Below the pieces are notes generated by a model that was given only the letters and a program-made list of their open reading frames with translations, searched no databases and was not told where the DNA came from. Made by a program: the position numbers and the translations under genes. From contig OZ025718.1 of NCBI GenBank assembly GCA_964019335.1, positions 186,001 through 250,000 on the forward strand: a stretch of 64,000 nt of DNA, read 5' to 3'. Position 1 is the stretch's first letter, and the number at the start of each line of letters is the position of its first letter. This document shows, in pieces, positions 54,313-64,000 of the stretch. Origin of the DNA: Diplonema japonicum. Its lineage: Eukaryota; Protista; Euglenozoa: Diplonemea.

Positions 54313-54888
54313 TTAAAAAGACACCTTCACCTCGCACCCTGTCTCCTGATGTGAAACGACAATGCTCAGCTGCTCGTCATCTGAGAAAGCGTCTTGGATC
54401 ATGTTGAAGCCGGGCAGGGCATAACTTGCAGGTGCCGCTTTGCAGTAAGCTACCTTGAGCCCTACGGCTATGGACTGAGAGGTGGGTAAAGGTGTGAGCG
54501 TGGAAGCAGCAGATATGATGTCTGACTTCAATGCTTGAATGAGTGATGGGACTTTAGTTTTTTCAAGGGGCCCCGAGTGAGGAGCGAGTGCTACGTCATA
54601 GGACTCCGACAGGACTCCGTCGCAGTAGATGCAAACCTTCACCCCTGACACCTTTTCTTCCTTGACGGCAGGCATAACACCCACCTCAAGGAGGTCCACT
54701 ATGAAGCTCCCGGTTCTGTCGGCCCTGTTTAGCAACGGGACAGAAACCCCATTCACAGCACCAGGGTAGAAGGCCTCGATGGGCAGAGCTTTTCGGAAAT
54801 ACAACACGCACGACACGGCTATTCTTGCACAGGTCCGAGAGACACGGCCTGCCTCTGCTTCGGAGAGGAGCTGGCAGTTTGCCAACAT
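54313..54888 (-). CDS. Hop1/HORMAD-like HORMA-domain protein (HORMA only)
   Basis: AVSCVLYFR..LP..AF, LLEVGVMPAV, ESYDV, LTPLP, PASYALPGF match the meiotic HORMA consensus. Confidence 0.75.
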   Translation of the reverse strand: MLANCQLLSEAEAGRVSRTCARIAVSCVLYFRKALPIEAFYPGAVNGVSVPLLNRADRTGSFIVDLLEVGVMPAVKEEKVSGVKVCIYCDGVLSESYDVALAPHSGPLEKTKVPSLIQALKSDIISAASTLTPLPTSQSIAVGLKVAYCKAAPASYALPGFNMIQDAFSDDEQLSIVVSHQETGCEVKVSF

Positions 54889-55059
54889 TTCTTTTTTTTT
54901 TTTTTTATCCCTCCCTTTTTTTTTATTTCCTTTTTTTTTTTTTTTTTCCCCGAAAACGGGAAAAAAAGCATAATATTCTAAATAATAAAACTTTAAAAAA
55001 AAAAAAAAAAAAGAGGGCAGCTACAATAAAAAAAAAAAAAAAAAAAAAAAAATACAATA

Positions 55060-55839
55060 TTAAATTACAAATTCTTCCGCGAACGGCTGCGGCCGTCTCG
55101 GCGAGGGCGATGCTTTCCTCCGTGTGGACCGAGGCCGCGGCTGTCGCGGCTGTACCTCCAAATGCCGGGGTGCTATCTGCACCTTCTTGGGCGAAACCGA
55201 TCTACTTTTTCGTGAAGGCGAGATTCGTTTGACCTCTCGAATACCAGGGCTGGAGAGCCTCCACGGCAGAGCACCAGGGGTAGAGGCAGTGGGGGTATCT
55301 AATATCACTTTCCTAACATGGTTTATGTGGTGATGTCTCGGCAACGCAAAAAGCTGTATAGGATTTTGCTGCAAAGGTAATTGCGACCACCCTTGAGGCG
55401 GCTCCCAACTAAGTTCTGTAGCCCTCGAGAAATCAATGGGCTCGTAGTCACGGCCCTCATCAAAGGCAAGCCCGTGATTTGGCATGAAACATTCCCCGTG
55501 AGAATCTGATGAACGCGCCCAAGGGTCGAATTTTGCTTCCCATTTCTTAGGTGATGTTGGAGATACCCCACCCAGCCCAGAATATGCGTCTTTCTTGATT
55601 CGTTTCTTGCCCCCGCCAGCCCCGGCAGAGTCTCCCCACCCCTTTCTCCTGTTATTCCAATACCATTTTTCCAGCTTTTGGTGCAAACTCGGGTTCCACG
55701 TTAGCCGGACATGTTCACCTTCGCCTACAAACCCCATTATATCTGAGACTGATAGCAAGCCGTGCCTGATTACAATATCGGATTCTGCATCGGTAAGTTT
55801 CACTTGTGTCTTCAGCTGAAGGCGAAATGTCTCTGTCAT
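55060..55839 (-). CDS. Hypothetical protein with basic SP/RP-rich tail
   Basis: 259-aa ORF; no recognisable domain. Confidence 0.65.
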   Translation of the reverse strand: MTETFRLQLKTQVKLTDAESDIVIRHGLLSVSDIMGFVGEGEHVRLTWNPSLHQKLEKWYWNNRRKGWGDSAGAGGGKKRIKKDAYSGLGGVSPTSPKKWEAKFDPWARSSDSHGECFMPNHGLAFDEGRDYEPIDFSRATELSWEPPQGWSQLPLQQNPIQLFALPRHHHINHVRKVILDTPTASTPGALPWRLSSPGIREVKRISPSRKSRSVSPKKVQIAPRHLEVQPRQPRPRSTRRKASPSPRRPQPFAEEFVI

Positions 55840-56544
55840 GGAGGGGGGTCACCTTATCTAAAAAGATAGAAATAGAGTGTTTGTTACCGAAGATTTGTAG
55901 AAAAGAAGGAGGAAAATAAAAAAATAAAAATAAAAATAAAAATAAAAAAAGAAACATAAAAGATACATAGAACAAAATAAATAGAAAAAAAAAAAAGGGA
56001 ACTCTGTCCCCCCTCCCCCTTTTCCCTCGCCCCCCTCACCAATTTTTTTTTTTTTTTTTCCATTCCATACTTTTTTGTTGTTGTTGGGAACATTATTATA
56101 AAAAAAATGAAGGATAATAACACTAAACAATAATATGTATAATAGAGGGAATAAAAAGTGGGGAGGGGGGGGGGGTGGAAAATGGAGAATGTTTGTGCTA
56201 CCTGTTCTCTTCCCCCCCCCCCTCTTAAATTAAAAAAAGAATCTTTTTTTTTCCAATTCTGTTGGTGAGTAATAGTTTGTCTATTTCCAGGTTATTTAGT
56301 GTAAATTGACAGGGGGGGGGGGGGTGCAAATAGCTCCGAAAAGGTGAAGTATGGAATGGGTATAAGTTGGAGGGAGCGAGGCGGGAAGAAAAAAAAAAAA
56401 AGAAAAGAAAAGAATGGTGAAAAAGAAAAACTGATCATGAAAAGAGAGAAACCCAAGACCAAGGTTTTTTTTTTTTTTTTTTTTTGAAAAACTTTCTCGT
56501 TGTCAAAAAAAGAATAGGCGAGTTATTCTTTTATGTGGCGCAAC

Positions 56545-56581
<37 letters not shown>

Positions 56582-57290
56582 ATTTCTTTGTTCGTCCGGT
56601 ATTTGCAGCAGAAGCTATATTTTTTTTTCTTTCATTGTTTGTTTCCCTTCCATGTTAGTTAGGTGCCGTGACATGACAGGGAAGGATATTTTTTTCTTTT
56701 TTCTTTTTTTTTTTTTTTTAATATGATGACCTCAGAAGAGAAAAATCATGATCCACATATTCAGCTGCTTTACAGCTTTACTCAGGAGAGCTTGCTTGCC
56801 TTCGAATCTTGCTGTTATCACTAAAATTGTCCAGAGCCCTGGTTCGTGCTGTGGGTCATGTTCCCATTTCCAGCTTTTTTTCCTCTTCTTTTTGTTTTGT
56901 CCAAAATGCACGAAGAAGAGAAGGAAAAAAAAGAGGAGAAGAAACATCACAGGGGGTGTTTTGAAGACTCACTTTATATTTCTTTTGCAGCATATTTGTC
57001 CTTTGTCTTTCTTGCAAACCACACTCTCTATCTATCGAATGACCTACGTAACCAGAATTTTTCTTTTTTTTTTTTAGATTATTTTTTTAAAGGAGGGGTG
57101 TGTCCTACTTCGCAGTGTCCCAACTATACAGCACACACACACACACACACACACAATCACCTTTCGTTCTCCTTTCTTTTCTTTACCTTTCATAAACAAC
57201 ACAAAAGAAAAAAAAAATGACGGAATTTTTTTGGGGGGGGGGGGAAAGTAACAAACCAGAACCAGATGAGAAAAGAAAAATGGGACACAC

Positions 57291-57334
<44 letters not shown>

Positions 57335-57361
57335 TAGTGAAGACCAAGTTTCTCTTTTTTT

Positions 57362-57395
<34 letters not shown>

Positions 57396-57396
57396 A

Positions 57397-58676
57397 TTAT
57401 GAAAACCGCGAGCCGAACGTGGGGGTGGCAGGGGGAGGGGAGCTCCCGCTAGTCAACGATCGGGCTCGTTCATAACATGCGTTCTTCTGCTGTTGGCAAG
57501 CCTGTATGAAGTCCTCTTGGCTCATTTTGACCCTTGGGAGGTAGGAGAGAAGCTCGGTGACCACTTCAGTGATACGAATACCCTTGTGCTTAGAAAGAAG
57601 GCGCTCCTCCCATTTCACAACATCTGCTTCAATCAGAGACCCGTCCATCCGTCTCCAAGGGTCGGGGACCCATGAAACTCCGATTTTTATAATACCCACA
57701 GCTAGTTCTGTGGGGGTATATTTCACGCAGATCGGGTGCCGGCTCAGATTGAAGAAAAACCTGTAGAAGGAGAGCACCCATGGGAACCCCTCTGCCCGCT
57801 GTCCCAACAGCTCGATCGCGTTCAGTTTTGTCAAACTCTCCAGCTCGCTGATGAATTCTGTAGACGGAAGCCTCCTGTTGAACTCGAATCGCATAACTAC
57901 AATCAGGTACAGCTCCGCTTTGGCTATCTGTTCCCGCCGTTTCAAGGTCTCTTCCGAAAGAGGGTCAATGTTGAAAACGATGGCCTTTTTTTTTTTTAAA
58001 TTTTTTTTTTTTTAAATCTCATACAACAAGGTCGCTCAATCGTATTAGGGAGTCTCGGCTTTTTGCCGCCAAGAACAAACACGCGCACATCATGATCTTT
58101 CTGTAATATCTGTCCGGGCTATGCGGTTCGTTCTGAAGCGAGCCGTTAATGGGGTCGGTGTACCCGACAAAGAACCTCCAGAAGAAGTACATCCCGAGCT
58201 CTACAATTTGATGCTGCTTCTTGGTGTTGAGCCGGTGAACGATGGATTTCATTTGTTCGAAGCTGAACTCTCCTATTTCTAGTAGTTTCGCCATTACCTT
58301 GGGGTCGGTGACTGGGCCGTTACCCGTGAGTTGATGGTGAGAGGGTGTCGTGAATGTGCGATCGGATCGGTGCCGAGCTGTCTTTGACAGTGCTTTCCCC
58401 CAGTGTTCCACAGAGCTATTTTGCACGGGAGCCTGCTGTTTTCGCTTTTTTAATGGTGGGCTTTCTGACGCCTTTTGATTAATATTGTAGTTGTTTTTAA
58501 ATGATTGATACCTCCCTAGCTGCCTCTGCCGGGCTTGGTGTCTCTGTGTTTTCTGGTAGTGTTTCTGATGGTGTGCTGCTGATACCGCCGCTCTCAGTCG
58601 AAGTCTGCGCCTCTGAACTAATCTCGTACCTCCGCTTGACCCCTCCCACTTCTTTCATCCTCTCTATCAGGCTCAT
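57397..58676 (-). CDS. Cyclin-fold protein (transcriptional cyclin-like)
   Basis: GMYFFWRFF...MCACLFLAAK...AELYLIVVMRFEF...YTPTELAVG. Introns at 58472-58511 and 57985-58024 preserve frame. Confidence 0.8.
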
Positions 58677-59583
58677 TGTGTGGGGGGCCGCGCGGGCTTG
58701 TCCCTCGGAAGAGAAAAAAAAAAGTTTTTTTTTTATTTATATAATTCCTCACTCTCTTCTTGTGTCGTTGTTTTTTTTTTTTTTTTTGTGTGGTGGTTTT
58801 TTTTTTTGAAAAAAAAAAAAAAAAAACCACCCACTAGTTTGGTATGAAAAAATAAAAAATAAAAAATTAAAAATAAAAAGAAATAACAATGAATAAATAA
58901 AATAATAGACAGAGGATGGCGCGGGGGGGGGGGGGGGGCGGGGGGGAGAAAAAGTAGTGGGGGAGGGAAGAAATTTTTTGTTTCTCTAATTTATAGTATC
59001 TAAAACGCGCAAACATTCTTTTTTTTTTTTTTTTTTTTTTGCTCCCCGCGGGGAGAAGAATAAAGGGGAAAAGAGAAGAAGAAGAAAAGTGATTATTTGT
59101 TACTACATAACACCAACATTTTTTTTTCTTTTGTCTTCGATAATCACAAATGACAAGTGGTGTTTTCTTCATAAAAAATAGGGGGGGGAGGGGGGCAATC
59201 TAACAAAAGAAAGAAAGGGGTAGAGGGTGGCAGAGAAGAGAGAAAAAAAAAATCCATACATAAGTTGGCTTTTCCCTTAAGCTGTAACTTTTTTTTTTTT
59301 GGAAGGCAGTGTATGGCATTCACCAGTGTCTCGTTTGCAAAAAAATAAAAAATAGGGGGGGAGAGGGGTGAAGAGAGGGACTTTTTAAATAGAACCAAAT
59401 CATGTGAAGCATAAACGTTGTCCAACTGGCCAGGTTTGGCTCTTCTTGTGTGTGTGTTTTTTCTTTTTTTTCTTAACAAAGGGAGAAGAGGATATCATGG
59501 AGGGTGGAGAGGGACTACACAAAGAAAAGAAAAAAGAAAAGAGAGAATCTATTCTAAACAAAAAAGGAGGGGGGGAAAAAAAA

Positions 59584-59775
59584 TCAAGGATGCGAGACCC
59601 CCAGGCCCCTAGCAGACGAGACACCCACCGAGGCTGAGATCTGCTGCTGCTGCTGCTGCAGGGTCTTGTGAAGTGTCGATATCTGCTGAATATATTTCTC
59701 CTCGTACTTTGTCCAGTATTGGTGCTCCTGGGCCCGCTGCTGGAGGAGCTGTTCATGCACAGTTCGCACGCTCTG

Positions 59776-59806
<31 letters not shown>

Positions 59807-60053
59807 TTGCATTTCTTCCCCACACCTGCAGCTCTGAAGCCGTAGACTCGGCAGCCTTCACAACCCTGGTCATCTGCTGCTTCAATTCCTGGTTGGTCTG
59901 GTAGGTAGACTGGATGACCTGCTGAAGCCCCTCCAAGTTCAGCCTGAGGGCGCAATTTTGCGTCTCGAGAGGTGTGGAGGTGGAGAAATTCGCGTTTGCT
60001 GTAAGCGCGTCCCTTAGGTTCTCCTGTTTGAAAAAAAAATTTAAAAAGGGGAG

Positions 60054-60095
<42 letters not shown>

Positions 60096-61453
60096 ACCTC
60101 ATGTTGCACCTCCATGTCGCGGATAACCTCCTCCAACGCCACCACCTTTGCGGACCCTGCTTGGAGCTCTGTGAACAACTGGTCCCTCTGCTGCAAGAAC
60201 CTCTCAGCTTGCATTCTGACCTCAGCAACCTCTTCCCTTGAAGCCTGTTCCATGTTCATTCTGGTAACCAGCTCGTTGTGCAGCGGCAGGGTTGCCAATT
60301 TGGTGCTTGCGATCGATCTTTTCAGTTTTCTTACGCACCTCTTGGATTCCTCGAGACGTGATGCGATGGCGATGTCCTTTGCCTGCAGCTCTCTGTTCCT
60401 CTTCTGTTCCTTCTGCAGCTCCTTTACAGTCGATGCGTTGACCGATTTCTGGAAGTTGTACATCGACCGCAACGACTGGTTCTCCGCTAGCATCTGGCGC
60501 ACTGTGAGGTAGAGCTTCGAGGACAGCCTGCTCTTCTCCGCCTCGAGCTGCATCTGGATGACACCTGAAAGGTAAGCCGACATGTCATTATCGTTGGCGT
60601 ACTCCATCGGCTCGTCCTGCTCGACGACAGGAGTGGCGGCAGAAGGATGGCTCATGTATTGCAAGTGGTTTGTGACAATATCTTGGTTCCTGTTAATGGG
60701 AGACGCGCTGCGGATAGGGTTCTGCACCATTTGCCGCGGGGGCTCCTGTCTGGGCGGTGTTACGATTTCGTGCTTTGTCGATGTCTCGACGCTCTCGCTT
60801 GGCGGTGTGGCAAGTACAGGAGGCTCCGCAGTCCACTGCTTCTTCGGAGTGTTAACCGGAACACTAGGCTCGGAACCAGCTCGTTCCACCTTTACACGGT
60901 AAGGAGAAAGAACAGCAGTTGCAGTGGGTGATGATGACACCCTGCGGACTACAAAGTCCTCATCGTACTCTGCATCGACAAAGGTGGCACGCTCCTCTTC
61001 GAAAATTACCTGTCCTTCAGAGGTGCGGGATATGCCGTCGCGTTCTTCCTCTTCTTCTGCTTCTTCGTGTTTGGTGGTGGATGCTGGCTGTAAGATGCGG
61101 GTTCCCTTGCAGCTGACAGGAGAGGTCTTCACTCGGTCTTCACACATGTGTTTGATGGTTCCCATGGCTGCGGCATACTGTTGGTCCATCTGGGTGATGC
61201 GGACGCCTTGTGTCTTCAGGACGTCTAGGAGCTCGTTGGGCGATGCGCAGCCACGCTGGAGTGTGACGTACCACTCTCCCCAGTTGCTTAGGTTTGCGGG
61301 CTTGGCGACGACGCCGTGCCTCGTCATGCATAGTTCCTTCCACACAGCCTCGGATCTGCTTGTCACGGCCCAGTCCTTGTTCACCAATCCATACTCCCGG
61401 ATGGACTGCGCTTCACAAAAGGTAAAAATGAGTTCAAGCGTTCCACAGTCAAA

Positions 61454-61456
<3 letters not shown>
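59584..61456 (-). CDS. F-box + long coiled-coil protein
   Basis: LELIFTFC..GLVNKDW..SEAVWKELC F-box. Introns at 60024-60097 and 59773-59825 preserve frame. The true 3' end is uncertain. Confidence 0.75.
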
Positions 61457-61497
<41 letters not shown>

Positions 61498-61623
61498 TTT
61501 TCAGAAAAAAAAAATCTAAATTCTACACTTTTTTTTTTTTTTTTTTTTTTTTCCCCCGAGCAGTGCTTGTTAAATGTAATATAAAAAAAAAGAAAAAAAA
61601 AATGAACAACAACGCCAGCAAGC

Positions 61624-61664
<41 letters not shown>

Positions 61665-61682
61665 TTGCCTTCTTTGCTGTTT

Positions 61683-62069
61683 TCACCTAAACGCACGCAA
61701 TTCGAGGTTAGAATATTCATTGATAGGTGAGAGCACCTTAGCCCATGACACACCGGTAGAGAATATGGCGTGCGTCTCTTTAGGTGACCCCGCCCGCGGG
61801 TGCACAATTTCGGAAAAGATGGGTTCAGGCACCCATACGCCTGTGGACGATGCTGTTCTGTCCCAGGGTATCTCGTTGGCGTACTGCACCTCGTCGAGAG
61901 TGGACAGCGGCAGGTAGCTGTATCCAAAGATGCTTGCGACTCCTTTAGGCCCTTTACCTATCTTGTCGGTTGCAACAGTGCCTCGAAACATCACTGTGTC
62001 CCCAACCGGTAGGAACACAGCACCTCCGATCCCTACTGCAGATGCGACACATCCAAGGGCTTTTTTCAT
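61683..62069 (-). CDS. Hypothetical small protein with hydrophobic N-terminus
   Basis: MKKALGCVASAVGIGGAVFL...; coding-like composition. Confidence 0.6.
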   Translation of the reverse strand: MKKALGCVASAVGIGGAVFLPVGDTVMFRGTVATDKIGKGPKGVASIFGYSYLPLSTLDEVQYANEIPWDRTASSTGVWVPEPIFSEIVHPRAGSPKETHAIFSTGVSWAKVLSPINEYSNLELRAFR

Positions 62070-62366
62070 GAGATTGAGGGTTATTTTGGAGGATGTGGGA
62101 GTGAGGGGTGTCTTCCTTTCCTTTTTTTTTTTCTTCCCCCCTTTTTTTATTTCCTTCTTTTTTGTTTGGGAAAAAGTGGGGGGGAAGAAGAAAAAATGAT
62201 TGCTTTTTTTTCCTAGGAGAAAAAGAAAGGGGGGGGAGGGGGGGGGAAGTCGGTTGCGGTGATTGTGCAAAGCCGGCCTTAAAAAAAAGAGGGGGGAGGA
62301 GGAGGAGAAGTTTTTTTTTTTTTTTCCCTTCAAATTTTTTTTTTTTCGAAATTCTTTTTTTTTTCT

Positions 62367-62444
62367 TCACGCACGGCCTACCATAGCAGCCACCTTTGGT
62401 ACCGCGAGCATAAGGAACGGAGCTCTTGCATACCATGTGATCTG

Positions 62445-62477
<33 letters not shown>

Positions 62478-62868
62478 CCGTCTATACCTCATTCAGAAGG
62501 AGCGTCAAAACGAGGTCTGTGACAGTTTCGGGTTTCAAGGTACTGGCGTAGGGGCCTACGACCGGCCACGATACAATTGACTCACGCATGGAATCAACGT
62601 TTTCCTTGCCTACCCAAGTGATGGCTGTTGAGCTGATCCCAGTCACCCCCACACCGAGGAAAATAATGACTGTCGCCACCAAGTACTCTACACTGGTCAG
62701 AACCCCTGCCACTAACCCGTACTTCCTCACCATATCCATCATGCCCATCTTCTTCTCGGGCTTCTGTTTCTGTCGCGCACGTGCTTCACTTGCTGACCAA
62801 CACCATCTTCTCGCCACCAATCCTCTCCCAGCTCCTCTGCACGCCATAAAGCCTGAGTGTCGGAGCAT
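62367..62868 (-). CDS. DUF1279/FAM210-like mitochondrial membrane protein
   Basis: MLR.. targeting-like N-terminus, MVRKYGLVA; LLNEITWYARAPF..VPKVA after intron 62442-62487. Confidence 0.7.
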
Positions 62869-63178
62869 TGTTCCCTACCCCCCTTTTAATCACCGGCCTT
62901 TTCTTTTCTTTTTTTTTTTTTTTTTTTTTTGTCGAGGAAAATAATAAAAATAAAAAAATAGGGAGTGTAACAACTTAAAAAAAAAAAAAAAAAAAAAAAA
63001 AGGGAGAGATAAAAGAATGTCCCCCCTTGTCTTTCTACTTGTCTACCCCTCCTTACTTTTCTCCTTTCCGGCTGTGTTGCCTTTCTCAAAAGTATCTACT
63101 CTTTTCTTCTTACCAGTTTCTTGCCCCCAGTTTCTTAAGCTGTATCACGGAAAATAAAAAAAAAAAAAGAAAAAAACT

Positions 63179-64000
63179 TCACTTCGCCATCTTCGGGATT
63201 ATGCCCTGCATGATCCGGTCCTTCACATGGGAGGGCAAGTCTATCAATGTAGGAAGCACCTCTTTATAATTTGCCACGGTGAAGTTGATGCAAGGATCCA
63301 ACACATCCAGCATGTTGTACCGGTAGCTGTGCGCCGCGATGCGAGCCACGTTCACCACGGACATCTTGCGAAACACGACTCCCTTGCAAGCGGACGTAAG
63401 GTAGTCACATCGGTAATAATCGGTCAAAGGTAGAATCTCCATGCAGAGTATAGGACACGATGGGAGGGGCCCCCCGTATAGAAGCTTCAAAAACGCAGCA
63501 AACGTCTCGACAAGAGGCTGCTCGTCGTCGAGAAATGTTGGGGCAAAAATAACACGGTTTGTCGTTTCCGACATTTGAGATTCAAACATATCTTGAAAAT
63601 GCTGGCAAGTGGCGGCGAGTATGCATCGGTGAGCGGAGAGCCGTTCGCCTCGAACCTCAATAGTGACGTCGGAAAACACGCTTTCATTGAACAGTTTTTC
63701 GCTAAACGTCCGGCTGAGCATCGTTTCATGCTCGTGCTGTAGAAACCCGTTTAAATTCAGCTCGAACAAATCGTTGTAACATGTTTTCCTGTCCCAGCCT
63801 CCAAATACGTACATAGATGCTCCAATCGCCACCGCAACGTGCGTATTTCTAGGAGATGGTGGGATCCCTTGCAAAACAGGAGTTTTCCAAGACATGTCCT
63901 TTAAACGCAAAATGTGCGTGTCGTTCATAAGAAGAGTTTGCGAGTAAGGTGGTTCTTGTTGAATCCAACCCCCGAAGAAAATTAGCATTTCTGTGGATGC
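63179..64000 (-). CDS. Kelch-repeat + BTB/POZ protein (LZTR1-like architecture), 5'-partial
   Basis: PPSPRNTH..MYVFGGW..YNDLF; FSDVTIEV..AHRCILA..F..MF... Confidence 0.88.
   Translation of the reverse strand, partial: ASTEMLIFFGGWIQQEPPYSQTLLMNDTHILRLKDMSWKTPVLQGIPPSPRNTHVAVAIGASMYVFGGWDRKTCYNDLFELNLNGFLQHEHETMLSRTFSEKLFNESVFSDVTIEVRGERLSAHRCILAATCQHFQDMFESQMSETTNRVIFAPTFLDDEQPLVETFAAFLKLLYGGPLPSCPILCMEILPLTDYYRCDYLTSACKGVVFRKMSVVNVARIAAHSYRYNMLDVLDPCINFTVANYKEVLPTLIDLPSHVKDRIMQGIIPKMAK

Noticed and set aside
56732-57077. Short ORFs in a long spacer
   Set aside because: No motif or consistent exon structure.
1-64000. tRNA, rRNA, snRNA genes and CRISPR arrays
   Set aside because: None recognisable by eye; tRNAscan-SE and Infernal would be needed to exclude small RNAs.

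Overview
This is eukaryotic nuclear DNA, most likely from a diplonemid (Euglenozoa); that assignment is an inference. All ~36 protein genes I can support lie on the minus strand in one unidirectional cluster, separated by homopolymer-rich spacers. I reconstructed 25 GT-AG cis-introns by hand. Most are 33-75 nt, and many lack a polypyrimidine tract and end in a poly(A) run before the AG. Genes include PEMT, Mog1, PHF5A, IQCG/DRC9, homoserine kinase, NAT10, ARL1, U2AF35, TrmB, a Kv channel, Dpy-30, two purple acid phosphatases, a Hop1-like HORMA protein and a large secreted mosaic protein. The most notable signal is a multi-subfamily group of non-LTR-like retroposons. Their 3' ends are a stem-loop with compensatory changes, a CCTTAA-like motif, and a poly(T) tail rather than poly(A). 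A shared C-terminus (QKGSIKR*) fixes their orientation, and one copy carries a T54 run into a piggyBac ORF. The dozen or so ends found are all co-oriented with the genes. The window also holds a 2.16-kb intron containing two convergent piggyBac left halves, a TA-TSD TIR element nested in another repeat, and Crypton-like relics.
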